This document shows positions 1 through 13,300 of a DNA stretch of 64,000 bases, in pieces. The position numbers and the translations under genes are program-made. The stretch comes from Phoronis australis. Lineage: Eukaryota; Animalia; Phoronida. The DNA lies in the NCBI GenBank assembly GCA_002633005.1, contig NMRA01000124.1, positions 823,814 to 887,813 on the forward strand, read 5' to 3'. Under the pieces are notes generated by a model. That model was given only the letters and a program-made list of their open reading frames with translations, did not search any database and was not told the DNA's origin. Position 1 is the first letter of the stretch. Each line of letters opens with the position of its first letter.

Positions 1-166
1 TCTTCACAGTAATAGGATTCAGTATGAACAGTAATTCGTGATAGCGGGATGGCAACCTTGATACAGCAGTTAAAACAAAAGACAAGCTGAATAAATAGGT
101 GACTAGACTCTCACTAGGTGGCGCTGAAGACAAAATGGCCCTCTTTCACTACCTGAATACATTAAC

Positions 167-2122
167 AACAAGAGCAACGCAGAGCGTTGAAATGCGCCCA
201 CAATTGCACCGCATACGGTATCCTTCTAGGGTTGTTTATTGGTACCATAAAGTGGCCAGTAAAGGGCATATATGTAGTATGTTGTACTTAGCAAAATGGA
301 AAGGCATGGTCATTGTCTCCTCAATAGGTTAGGGGCAAAATGTGAGTAATCTTCATAATACAAGCACATCCTATACACCAGTTGCTTAAAGCACCACAGA
401 AACATAGAATTAAAAACAAATTTACCAACATACGAGATTAGCACAGCACTAGAATGCCAGAAACAAATTTCTACTTGGAACTTTTCCTTCATAGTCACGA
501 AGTAACACAAAGTATACACCTGAAGACCTATGAAAATACAGAGGTCAATGTAAAATACTAAAATTGCCACTAGAGGCATACCGGTAATCAGAATCATCCT
601 AAAGTCGTCATCGTCCGTTGTCAACATCACATAAATACACTTGCTAAATTTAGTAAAGATCCTGCAAACGGTTTGGGAGATACAGCCATGGGCGCAAAAA
701 AAAAAAACTGCCACTAGGAGGCGCCACAGTAGTCCAAATCGTCTGAAAATCATTGTCAGCTGTCTTCCTTATAGTAAGCACATACACGCCAATTTTCACA
801 ATCATCCTTTGAGCGGTTTGGTTGATAGAGGGGTGGACGCAAAAATACAGACTCGAAAACAGTAAAAATGGCCACTAGGTGGCGCAAACTACGTCGAATC
901 CATCTGAAAACAGTAGGATAGCGTCATCTCACTAATAGGTGCCTACATACCAAATTTCATGAAAATCCGTTCAATACTTTTGAAGATACAAAGGTAAGCG
1001 TAAAAAACTAAAATTGCCACTAGGGGGCACACCGGTAGTCGGATCCGACCAAAAGTCGTCATCTTCCGTTGTTAACATCATATAAATATACTTACACAAT
1101 TTGTAAAGATCCTGCGAACGGTTTAGGAGATACAGCCATAGGCGCAAAAAAACAAAACTGCCACTAGGAGGCGCCACAGTAGTCGAAATCGTCGGAAAAT
1201 CATCGTCAACCGTCCTCTACATAGTAAGCACATACATGCCAATTTTCACAATCATCCTTTGAGCGGTTTGGTTGATAGAGGGGTGGACGCACAAAAACAG
1301 ACTCGAAAACACTAAAAATGGCCACTAGGTGGTGCAAACTATGTCAAATCCATCTGAAAACGGGAGGATAGCGTCATCTCACTAATAGGTGCCTACATAC
1401 CAAACTTCATGAAAATCCGTTAAGGACTTGTGAAGATACAAAGGTAAGCGTAAAAAAATTAAAATTGCCACTAGGGGGCACACCGCTAGTCGGATCCGTC
1501 CAAAAGTCGTCATCTTCCGTTGTTAACATCATATAAATATACTTACACAATTTCGTAAAGATCCTGCGAACGGTTTAGGAGATACAGCCATAGGCGCAAA
1601 AAAACAACACTGCCACTAGGAGGCGCCACAGTAGTCGAAATCATCGGAAAATCATCGTCAACCGTCCTCTACATAGTAAGCATATACATGCCAATTTTCA
1701 CAATCATCCTTTGAGCGGTTTGGTTGATAGAGGGGTGGACGCACAAACACAGACTCGAAAACACTAAACATGGCCACTAGGTGGTGCAAACTATGTCGAA
1801 TCCATCTGAAAACGGCAGGATAGCGTCATCTCACTAATAGGTGCCTACAAACCAAATTTCATGAAAATCCGTTCAGGACTTTTGAAGATACAAAGGTAAG
1901 CATAAAAAACTAAAATTGCCACTAGGGGGCACATCGGTAGTCGGATTTGTCTGAAAGTTCGCACATGCCGTCCCATTCATGAATGGAACATATGTGTCAA
2001 ATTTCATGAACGTATGTCAAAGGGTTTTGGAGATAGAGCAGCGGACGCCGGACGCCGCCCGGACGGACGGACAGAGATGACGGCATAATGCGTCCACATA
2101 TAAATATGTGGGCGCATAAAAA
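167..2122 (+). mobile_element. Non-autonomous Helentron/HINE (pearl-like) element in a TNPO3 intron
   Basis: 5' AACAAGAG start with a small hairpin (caacgc-aga-gcgttg, 175-189); subterminal ATGCGCCCACA (192-202) is inverted at 2107-2117; internal tandem core; GGAC microsatellite at about 2042-2072; 3' palindrome atgcgtccacata-taaa-tatgtgggcgcat (2088-2117) followed by an A run. This is the HINE/pearl layout. Confidence 0.7.
540..2035 (+). repeat. Higher-order tandem repeat: 451-bp unit (about 3.3 copies) made of three ~144/161/146-bp subunits
   Basis: aaattgccactag anchor recurs with the gcc at 566, 1016, 1467 and 1918; every subunit contains GCCACTAG(R)NGG. Confidence 0.95.
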
Positions 2123-2271
2123 GGACATCAGTACAGGAGCATTCCTGGGATAAGTTTCCCGCTAGATTAACTGAGTCCATGCATTTCTACGGGTAGGAAC
2201 AACCTTACACTAGCTCCACCTAGTGAGTTTTGATTTCCCCGGAGATTCCGGAACAGACTGAGTACACTTAC

Positions 2272-5200
2272 CAGCACTTGGAAGGGAGCCGTTAACAGTT
2301 TACTGTTAATGATCAGATCTTGTGGTACTGTATTCATATTCAGCCAACTGCTGAGGCATTGGAATACCTTCTTGTGGCTATAGACGTCAGAGTTGCCGTT
2401 TTCCAATATTGATGACTGCCAAGAGAAGATGTCCGTTTGCATTAATTGCGAGAAGACAGCATGATCTTAGACACTAATGAAATGAATTCATTTCGAAAAA
2501 AACTGCAGCTATGTCAGTGATTTCGAAGCAATTAAGAACATTTAGTTCTTAAAATTAAAATCAATGGTGCCTGGAATGATGAAAATGCTCTCAAAATGAA
2601 AGCAGCCCTCCGTGTGACCGAAAAGAAATTTTTTCTTCCTTCCGACAAAAATCAGACAAAACAGAATTAAAGAAATGTTACAATTGTTATCAGGAGCTTA
2701 GTAATATCAATCTTCATTGGCCTGTGTCTTGAAGAGTCTAGTGGCCATTGTCTTTTGACTAAAACCAAAGTGAAAAATCTGACTACGAATAGCCAATAGT
2801 TGATTGTTTGTCTTGTGCAATTTCCAAAACATTTTGCCTTCTGTCAATTTGAGCTGGCTACTAATTTCAGTCATTGACTTCAAGTTGTACACAGATTTTC
2901 TAACTTTCAGGCGAAGACTAATTTCCAAGAAACAGGCTACACCATCATAGATTGATTTTCAGTCAAAAATCAAAAGACAAAAGCTAATGGACTGACAGAG
3001 AAAATGCCTAACTAAGAAAACATACAGAATTAATTTTTACTTATGTATCAAAAATAAAATTAATCAACTGACTGTCAAACATTTGTATATTAATTTACAG
3101 TCATAGATCCAATGACTAACTCAGGACTGTATACCAGAACGTCTTTAATGCAAAGTACCACCTTGAAGGAAGTCAGCATTAGAGACTCTAAATGCTAGCA
3201 AGTAAACAACCACTACCCAATAAAATAACCTATTTGTTCATAAGCTGAAACAAAAACCAATAGAAAAATTGTGTACCAGAAGATTGAGAACGAGTGGTAT
3301 CGTCTGCGTTAGTTCTGTTGAGACCGCCTCTCGCCTGTTAGCACCAAGACGTAGAGTCCTTGATTGTGCCTGAAGCAAACAAAGGCGAAATGCACTAGGT
3401 AAATCATCAGATTTTTGACAATTGACAAGCATATAACAACTTTAATCAAATCCAATGATCTTAAATGGCATGTCCAAAGCTCACCAACTTGGGCTTTGAA
3501 AATGGATCACTTTGGATATCGGGACGCAAAACCAGAAAAATTTCTAATTGAGAACACTTGTAGAATGCTTCAGGTTTACTTTCAAATGCCATGCGATGTG
3601 ACTGGCCCCTTTTCGATTTAAGCATCAAGTAAACTTAGATGTCAATTTTGGAGAAAACTGAATTTGCCGAAATTGCTATTTTTCTATTTTTCATTGCTAC
3701 AGATACTCAAAAATTTATCAAACCATGCCAGGTGACAGCTAAACCGTAAAAACCAGCTAACCAGGGACCAAATGTTTCTTAATATTAATTTTTGTTCAGA
3801 AATTCTGCAGCACAATTCAATGTTAGTGTTAAATTGCGTCCAACTGTTTCAACCCTAAGCAAAACATCAATTCACTGAAAATAATTACAAAACAATAACT
3901 TTCTGACTCTCACGCGCTACGGCATTCAGGAAAGTGTGTGACATTTTGGAGTAAAAAGTCGTCCATTTGTCACGATTCGAACCCGGAATTTTGGACAATG
4001 AATTCTCTACCAACACCGAGGCATTAGTCATGTTATATCTTATGAAATCTTACTTCTTCAGGCAAAACTGTGAGAAACTCCACCAAAAAATGAATGTGCT
4101 GTGGACTGCTTCCAAACCTGGAAATGAATAAGGAGAGGCTCAGACTTTATTAAGTGAATGTAAAACAACATCACAATCTATATCATTGCAATACACCAGC
4201 TAACAGCACAATATAATACAGAATTACCACAAACAGGGTTAGCTCCAATCCTGATGAAGCATTTAAAGGTGCATTTTGCCGCTTTTTAGCTGTTAATGTT
4301 GAACTCTTAACGAAAGTGCTTTGAGGTTCAAAAAACAAGGTTTGGAATGATCAATGACAAGAAAGAGGAAGATATTCCCGGTGATGTATCGGTCCACAAA
4401 TAAATAGGGTTGTGTGAGAGAAATATTTTTTGTGTTGTAAAATGTTACTGAAATAACAGTTTTTATGTGAAAAAGTCAAAATAGTGACAAAAAAGAGACG
4501 AAAAAAGGGGAAACTGGAAATCAAATAAGAGGAAAACAAAACCAAAACAGAGGAAATTCTCTTAAAAGAGGAAAATTCCAAGCCCTGAAAAAATTACCAC
4601 GTTAATGGGATCTTAAATTACTACCAAATAGCCAGCAACTCAAGTCATAGACAATGTACGCATTCGCCATTTTTAAATTCAGAATTTCAGTGTTGGCCAA
4701 ACCGAATAAACTCTGAAGCATTTTCTTGAGTCGCTGATGGTTTCAATCTTCCTACTGTTAACAGAAATAGGATCCTACTACGGTAAGGTATATCATGAAA
4801 TCAATTATATTAGAATAAAAGGCCAAATTCTATTTTCGTTTTTGAGCCAGCTACACAGGGCAAAATGCAGCTTTAATTTATCACTGCTTTGAAATTACAT
4901 TTCGTTCAGACATTGACCAGATGTAGTCGAGCCCAAGTCAAGCCACAAACAGAAGTTGCATAAGGACAATTTACGATTACTTTCAGTGGAGTACAAAAAT
5001 TATGCTTTAGGGGGTGTTGAGTTGTAGTAGTGAATGTGCGCAAGGGAATGAAAGAGAACCTGGAGATGTGCTAATGTTTAAAGAATGACTACAATGAGCA
5101 TATGTTTTTGATGTCGTAAAAATGGCAATGTGAAAAGTAAATATTCAACCAACTGAATAAGAAATTGTTTGAAAATAGCAATTTCCTTTAATCACATCTG

Positions 5201-8200
5201 CAAAACGCAAAAAGAAACACCGACATTTAAAGTACTCAGTCCTGTACATTAATAAAGACTGGTATATAAAAATATCAACATTTCTTGTACACATTGGGGG
5301 GGGTCACCAAAAAGGGTACGTTTTGTACGTAAAATGGTGATAACTTTGATCTATCCCCACTCAATGACTATGCCAGAGCACTTCTAAGTTGACCAAAGTC
5401 CAGACCTCATCCAGATGCTAGCTATCTTCAGGAAATGAGTGTCCATTAATACTACGTAACAGTAATTTTTTTCTACTTTAAATATTTACTCATGAAAATA
5501 AACAATTACATTAATGAAACATGCTTCAAAATAATAGGTAAACACGATTTGATTTTTGCTACTGCTTCAAAGAATTATTTAGGTTTTGCCAAAAGATTGT
5601 ATATACGGGGTTTCAGATTTCTAAAAAAAGCGACTATTTCTTACATAACACTGATAGCAGCATGGTTCTGTCACATTTGTCATTAATTATGATAGTACTG
5701 CTGTCAGTATACAGACACAAACCACCAAAACATGTGTGAACGCTTAGGTATTTATCCAAGGACATGACAGTTAATGTTAACTTTACCTTTGGACAATCTC
5801 GCTAGCAGAGTCTTTCCAAGTGACCATTTGGAGAGAGAAGTCCGCCAAAGCTAAACTCAGCTGAAAAATGTAGTAATTACACAATGATGTTTAACGAATG
5901 ATTTTTATTAAGAAAGTAATCAAAGAGGAACACAGATTGTCTTAAAATAGTAGAGTCTGGTGCTAAGGGTATATTAGGGGTCAGTTAGGTAAAATCACTA
6001 TTACCTTGGGACATCCAATTTCACACAAAAGCGAGTGAAGAATATTCTCATTTAAGTTTGCAACACGTCACAAAAATCAATTAAAAAGATAAGGCAAGTC
6101 AATACTTGTCATTTTCTATGGTTATACCATGATCAGAGAAAAGAATGACCCACTATATAATCAACTAGGTCCAGAAATACATTCAAATGATCTACCTGAA
6201 CCCTTTGAAGGACCATTCTACATAGCGTATCTTACCTGCGTGATAATCACTGGGTCGGTATCGGGACTCACTTTGCTGACATGATCCATAAGAGACTCAC
6301 GCAGGGCCGGGTGCGTGTCTGAGGGTAGTTCGTGGAAGGCATACTGAATCTGTTGGTACACAGAGCACAAGGTAACGATATATCAGAGTACTTTGGTGTT
6401 ATGTTTATGAGGGCACTGTTCGCAGTGATCATGTTAAAAGCAAAATGCATGCTTTTCCCTCCCCCCAAAAGTTGTCATATTTGTTGGCCATTCAAATAAA
6501 TTTACATCAATGTTTGTTTTCATTTCTAAAGTGATATGGAAAAAAAATTATTTTATAACACTGCATACATGCTTGACGGAAAAAAACAAAAACACGCTTC
6601 ATTCACATGGCCACCGTTATGACTTCAAAAGCCTCTACCACCATTTTGTAAGCTTGGAAGGTGGCGACAATTGTCAATTGCCTCTCACCGCAACAGCGTG
6701 CTTCCATTAAGAAAGTTGAGTTCAATAGAGACAGTAGTCATGTGTTTACTTTGTAAGTCGGTATCAAATGAATTCTCCTTTTTACAAATAATCAAAACTC
6801 AAAATTGAGGTCATAGGTGTTATTTTGTAAACCGCATTGTTTTTTCATCTCACTTTGAAGTTGAATGGAGTATTTTTGACCCGACAGCATTGTGATGCAC
6901 TCAATGCTACTTTAAAAAGTGTAGCTCCATATTTCTGCAACGGAGGAAATTGCCAGCTGAACAAAACCCATAACATGGCCGAATATTGTGATGGTACTTT
7001 CTAGTTGCAGCTAATTAAGCGCACAGACAGCATTGCTTTATTGAGTCTAGGCTTATTTCTTCCCATTATGCATACATTTCCTTTGCACACCAACTTCTAA
7101 CCCTAACAATGCTACACATTGAAAACTAAAAGCAACTTGTTACATTTTTTAATTTTGGCCAAGGTTTACTGGAGGAGAAAAGAAACAAAACTTAACAACC
7201 ATGAAGCCAGTATGATAATATCGACTTTCATAAAATCTTAAACAATTATGACCAATGACATTACAAACAGATAATGAAAAATAATGAACTACAGAGGTAT
7301 CCTCTATGTACTAAAATCACTACCAAGATTCAAATAACTGACTTGAAGCAAAGCACTCACTATCAAACTGAACTTTATTGAAGTGCGTATGGATATCATT
7401 TATCATGTTTTGCCTTATTTTCAAGTTATCATTCATGATCCTTACTAAATGGCAAACTCAGCATATCATGATCGTGAACACAATTTCCCGAACATGCCAA
7501 CATGGAAGATGAGACTGAAGAGCATAAATTATTCAGTCCTGGTAGACTCCCCTCAATCACTCGATTTTGGCTCCGAATGTCGACCCCATTCCCAGTTGAA
7601 AAATATTCAAAAATCACACGAGATTCCCCTCATAAGGCCATCCCCTCAAGTGTTTAAAAAATTTCCCTGTAGGATCAACTCATTTTTAACTCACAAAGCT
7701 GACGACTTGAAACTGCACAGAATGTCAGTTTTGGCTACTTCAGGCAGAGCCTACAATGAAAGCTAACGAAAGGGTTGGGGTGTTATTGATACTGACCACC
7801 TTGACCAGGGAGTAAAATTTACCCCTCACTCAAAAAATTCCGCTCTCAGAAGGCCCTTTCCCCCTTACATGAACCCGGGCACATGGTCTGTGGTTATTTT
7901 ACAAGTTAATGGGGTTATTTTTAGTTAAATTCACCTGATGTCAGCTACAGTGGTGCGGCAATGTTTTGTTTTCGATACAGTGACACGATTGGCTGAACTG
8001 GTGTCCGCCGTGGGGATAAGGGGGTGGTGACGTCATTGGCTGTAGTGTGGTGCTGCCGATTGTTGAGTTCATATTTTCTTCGCCTACCCCAACTTAAGAA
8101 AACTTTCCTGTGGTTGTGATTCCTAGTCATTTAAGACAGTGGTTGGAAAGAATAACATGTAGCAAAATTGATGCTTCAAAAATGACTTGGGGTCCAGACC

Positions 8201-9978
8201 AGAACCAAATATATTTTTGGCCTAGACTAATTTCAACGTGCCACTGCTATGTAGGAAAATGGCTATCAAACAACTGATTAGTAGTGGGGATCATTTTTTC
8301 ATTCAAAAACAGTGTTCACGGTTGCTTTATCACTTCAAATAAAGTGCATGCAAACCACGAATACCAAGGCCTCGGCTCTGACCTTTGACCTTGGTCCCCA
8401 GCAGATAGCACACATCAGTTTGAGCAATATATTGCCTCAGTCTCAGCAAAGTGGAAGAGCAACGTTCTTGTTTGGCAATTGCTCAGGTGTTTTACTTTAT
8501 GGCTGCTCAAATCTAAACCATAAATCAGGAACGGTTTCACTGTGAACAGTAGATTGGTTAAAGAACACTGAAAAATGCAATTAATTGTCTTTAAGTGGAT
8601 TGCTTTGAATAAGCAAATTTTGAAGGTCAGCTGACCAAAATAAGTTATGGCACTGTCATAACAAAATGGCTAGCAACAGATTAGCAACAGATATGCGGTC
8701 AAGTAAATCATGACAGTAATAGGAATGGATTTAAATTTGTAAATGTAAAGGATCAAAGAACATAAAAAAATGAAAGTTCAGTGAGAAGGAAGTCTGATAT
8801 TGACATGCTTTGTGGTTTTCAGTATAATTTCTCTCTGGCTCCGGAGGATAACTTATGATAAGCGTTTGTTGGCAGCGTAAATTGCTAGCACAACTGGCCA
8901 CAGTTCTTACCTTTGTTCTCATAGTCTGCGCTGCAAAGTAGCAGGACTCCACATCCCGGTGAAGGCGTAGCAATTGATCTGCTACCTCCCACGCAAACAC
9001 CTGCAATACAATGTTTGCAGATGGACTTCAGTATACATACAACACCTTATTGGATACACTTTGATTGGCTGTTGTCTGGGGTTATGTCGTGAAATCACTG
9101 CATTTGCCAGCACACATCAAACACGCGCTTAATACAACAGGAAGTAAACAGAGGGAAGTCAGAAATCTTCGGCAAAAATCAAACAATTTGTAGAGAATCT
9201 TCCTGCATACAGGCTACATTAGGGTGTGCCATCGCCTGCCTGCAAGTAACCAAATTGAGCCCTGTAGTGAATCATTTACTGTTGTTTAAAATTGCACTTC
9301 AATCTATTCTCATCAACAGTAGACAGCTAACTTAGTTTCATGGCACTAATGTTTCGCAAGTGGAGAGCTATCTCGTGCTAGGCAGCCAATATAGGTCACA
9401 ATAGATTACCGGCAGTTAAAGCATTTTTCAGAGATGACCGATGACTTTATGTCCAATGATTAAACCTCAGGTACATGCAACAGAAAAACATGAAATAAAC
9501 TCGCAAGTCAAGACCACACTTCATCAGCTAATAAGTCATACTTGCTAATGGCTGCTAATTATTTCCAGCTCCCTGTGGTAATTGTTGATTAATATGTAAC
9601 CCATGAGGCATGACAGGTCACCTATTCCTACACTGCTATCCCACTGCTGTACGAAGACGTTGTAGTAGGGCTGATGGGTCAGGAAATAATTCACAAGAGC
9701 ACTGGATTTCAGTGGCGCTGAATAAAGAACAGCGGAAGTCCCTTCATCATAAGTATAGCGCATGATAGACATTTTCTAATAAGTGTTCTGGCATGTGCCC
9801 AGCCCAGGCTCCAGCCCCGGTGCACACCACTCCACTGCACACATTAACAGCAAAGACTCACCGATTTTTGCAACTCCCCAAGCCAGACGGAGGCTTTCTC
9901 CGTTCCTGATGCATCTTGGTTGTGGTAAAGAGCCTGAAGTGCGTGCAGAACGGTCTCAAGACACGGCGCAGACTCCAT
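2272..9978 (-). CDS. TNPO3: Transportin-3 (importin-beta family), first 7 coding exons; gene continues beyond the left edge
   Basis: Exons 9978-9862 ([39 protein letters not shown]), 9000-8911 ([25 protein letters not shown]), 6349-6236 ([15 protein letters not shown]), 5860-5787 ([12 protein letters not shown]), 4117-4054 ([12 protein letters not shown]), 3369-3277 ([11 protein letters not shown]), 2415-2272 (KVFQCLSSW..). All introns GT-AG with consistent phases; collinear with the recalled TNPO3 N-terminus. Confidence 0.93.
4267..4872. mobile_element. TTAA-flanked MITE (Kolobok/piggyBac-like) with a nested MITE
   Basis: TTAA at 4263-4266 and 4873-4876; TIRs aggtgcattttgcc / ggcaaaatgcagct (13/14 match); a related end lies at about 49441-49510. 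Confidence 0.6.
4336..4587. mobile_element. hAT-like MITE (CAGGGCTTGGAA family, diverged subfamily)
   Basis: Ends caaggtttggaa / ttccaagccctg; flanked by aaaaaa on both sides; inverted relative at 46311-46542. Confidence 0.7.
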
Positions 9979-10399
9979 AATTCAACCAAAATAACATCGA
10001 AAAGTGGACCAGTCTTGGATTTTAGAATCACTTTTACCTCACAGAAGGAAATACGAACCTAAATATTATTTTGATTTAACTTTAGATTTTGCTGAAGTAA
10101 ATAATATATTTCAAAAATGTATTAATTTTCAATACCATAAAATATTCAAAAAAGAATATCCAAAGGCCAAAAAGTATAATTGAAATATACAAATGGTTTT
10201 TGAACATTATCTTGAAATTTACACAATGTATAATGCTGTGACAAATCTGACACCTTTAATTAGCCAATCATATTTCGACCATTTGTCGGTGCAGTCTTAC
10301 AACGACCTTCACCTTTAAAAGCGGAAGGGGCGATAAAAACATTCAGGTAGTCTCATGATACACGGTACACGGTACACGCAGTGACAAGTTACTTTCGTA
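9979..10399. promoter_or_regulatory. Putative bidirectional promoter for TNPO3 and WASHC3
   Basis: 421 bp between divergent ATGs; CCAAT box (agccaatca, about 10262) and ETS-like gcggaag (10321). Confidence 0.65.
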
Positions 10400-13300
10400 A
10401 TGGACGAAGACGGGCTACCATTAGTTGGAGCTGGTATTGACTATACGAAAGTATGCCTCTTTTTCTGTATTTTTTGTTACGCTTGTTCTTGAATTTCAAT
10501 AACGTTGGTTAAAGAGTAAATCTTAAAATTTCATTTTCAACATCTGACCTGTTTTAAATTAATAATTAAACCAACGCCGGTCAGAGGACCTCGCTAAAAT
10601 CTAACCAAAATCACCTGTTCTCATTTAAAACGGCAATATCTTTCGAAGTCGTGCTTTTAGCAAGGTGCTAGCATTATTGAACTCTGCCAAGGCCCAAAGT
10701 CAAGGCCGGTATTAGGCAATGACCATCGCCTCTGTTGGCCCGAAGCAGACGCGATGCAGAGGCTATAGGCGCTCTGTACGCCGGAAGCTTTTCGGCAAAT
10801 TATGCCTCGCACCGACTAAACCATCAAAGTCACGTTGTTATAATTACCTTTTGCGCATAGAGGAACACCTGAGGAGGTTGTCGATGTGTTTAATTCCTTC
10901 CAACTTGAACAAATACTCCCATTATCAAACTTTTTCTTCGAGCAGTCCCTATTTCAGTTCCCAAAATCGTGAACTCACCATTTTTATACTGCGCACGCTC
11001 CAATTTTTACCACGCTCGCTAGGTGATGTGAATTCATGACCTGGCAATCTTTAAATAGGCCAAAGGTGAGCCATTGCGGTCTTGTCAGTCAAATGTTCGT
11101 TTGCAAAATGCCACCACTTATACTTGTCTTTAATTGGCGTTACTTGAAACTTATTGTATTTCAATGAATCATTGTTTGTATTTGATAAAAATAAATGCTG
11201 TTGATATGACATTTAATAGTCTTTGTGCACATATTTGACATTTTAATGTTTAACAACACGGCAAATGCACGGCTGGTTCCCGGCAGCACGTACGCGAAGG
11301 GCGGGAACTTCAGCTTTCAAAGTTCGCCGGTAGGTCCGCAACTTCTGACTTTCGGCCTGGTTAAAAAATGAATAAGTTGATTTCACGATTTTGGGAACTG
11401 AAATAGGGACTGCTCGAAGAAAAAGTTTCATAACGGGAGTATTTGCTCGAGTTGGAAGGAATTAAACACATCGACAACCTCCTAAGGTGTTCCTCTATGC
11501 GCCAAAGGTATTTATAACAACGCGACTTTGATGGTTTAGTCTGTGCGAGGCATAATTCGCTGAAAAGCTTCCGGCGTACAGAGCGCCTATAGCCTCTGCA
11601 TCGCCTCTGCTTCGGGCCAACAGAGGCGATGGTCATTGCCTAGGCCTGTATCTGCAGAAACCTTTGCTGTTTAGTGTCATGGGCTGGCTTTGCTTGCAGT
11701 TTTTTCAAACAGAAGTTTTCAAAGAAGTTTTGATTGTGCTACTTTCAATGTGGGCAATTACATCACCTGTGGACGCCGCACAGCCACCGGTGATAGTATA
11801 CCCCATAAAAAGTTACGTGAATAATATCAAATGAAGCATGTATTGATATGCATGGAGTTATAATTAACATGACTCTGGAGACAATTAAGTCAGCATAATT
11901 TGCTCTAGGCAATAGGACCGTCCTGAATTACATGGTGATAGAACTTTCCTTTGTCCCAGAGTTAAGAATGCACGTGACCTTGTTTTTGGAAACTGCATTT
12001 CCGTGTCTATCATTGATCTTAGGAAGGAGAAGAATTTCACATCCCGCATCCGTGGGTATTTGTCCAGTTTATCAAACTTTCTCATGTCGAAGTTGCAGCC
12101 CACAGCACTGCGATAATACTTCATTGGCACTGGAAGGACAAAAAGAATAATGTAACCGAGACAAACTTTTAAAGAATCATGCAACAACAAATAACATGCC
12201 AACTCCAATGGCACGAAAATGAGTTAGTAAATGTGTCTGACGGATTTTTACGACATTGTGGGTAAATACCGATATAGTCGAGTGTCTCTGTGTTATCCAG
12301 GACGACCATATTACATTGCCCTGTAATGCCGCAGGCATACAGGGGCGATGGCCCACCCCCCAGAAAGGTTACTCATTTAAAAGTACAGAGAATAAAATCA
12401 ACGAAGCAGGCACATGTATGCAGTCGGTTATAATTAACACATACCATTACTCTGGAGACAAAAGTGTTTTATAGTGAATTTGGTAGTGATAATTTTGAGA
12501 ATTTTGATGTAAATGCACACCAATGTTTAACAGTTGGTGTGTTGCTTATAGTTGAGATCACTCTGCCTAGTGTGTCACAAGGCAAGCACAAAATGGTTTG
12601 TTTTCAATGCGGTTCAAGTAATTTCACATTTTGGAACCACAACAGTACAAGTATTATGGTCTGATACCTGGGATTAAATAAATAACTATCTGACATAGTG
12701 AACCAGGCAATCACTGAAAACATGTTCATTATTTGGTGAATGAAACTGGTTCACTGATTCAGGGGCTGCTTTATCTGATCAGTGCCAGGAAAAATAATTA
12801 TTCACAAACCTTTTTGTTGGAACTTGTGACCTGCCAAAGTTCATGCTATCTAGTGTCTCTCTATGCTGGAAAGGTACTTACAGTGACATGATTTAGCAAA
12901 GGAAGGTGAATCGTACATGGTACATTAGGATGTACCACTGGCTTACGTCTTACCAACTCCAAACATAGGAGCTTATCTTTATCTTCTTACAACATATCTC
13001 ATGTGCACGATTTAAGTAAGAAAGGCACTCCTGCCTAGTTACATTCCATAATGACTAAAATCATGTTGGGAAATCATGCGAGGTTCTGTCAAATCCTGAT
13101 CATCTGTCTTGGCACTGTGTTGATCGCTAGCTACCCTGTGATAGGCTGCTGTTTGGGGTCACTCCATTTTATGAGTAAGTAGAGGAAGCAATAACGAATA
13201 TATATTAATAGTTAAAAATATTCAGCAAAATGACCCATAATTCCCTGTCATGACAGCTGGATGAAAGCTGAATTCCTCATCAGAGTAGTCTCCCCTGATG

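Noticed and set aside
310-1177. ORFs of 68-147 aa in the tandem array
   Set aside because: Chance frames in repeat DNA with no recognisable domain
540-2035. Regularly spaced short repeats resembling a CRISPR array
   Set aside because: The spacers are themselves repeated with a 451-bp period, no cas genes are present and the context is a eukaryotic intron
10719-11636. Two mirror-image ORFs beginning MTIASVGPKQ
   Set aside because: They result from the inverted repeat; no transposase motifs
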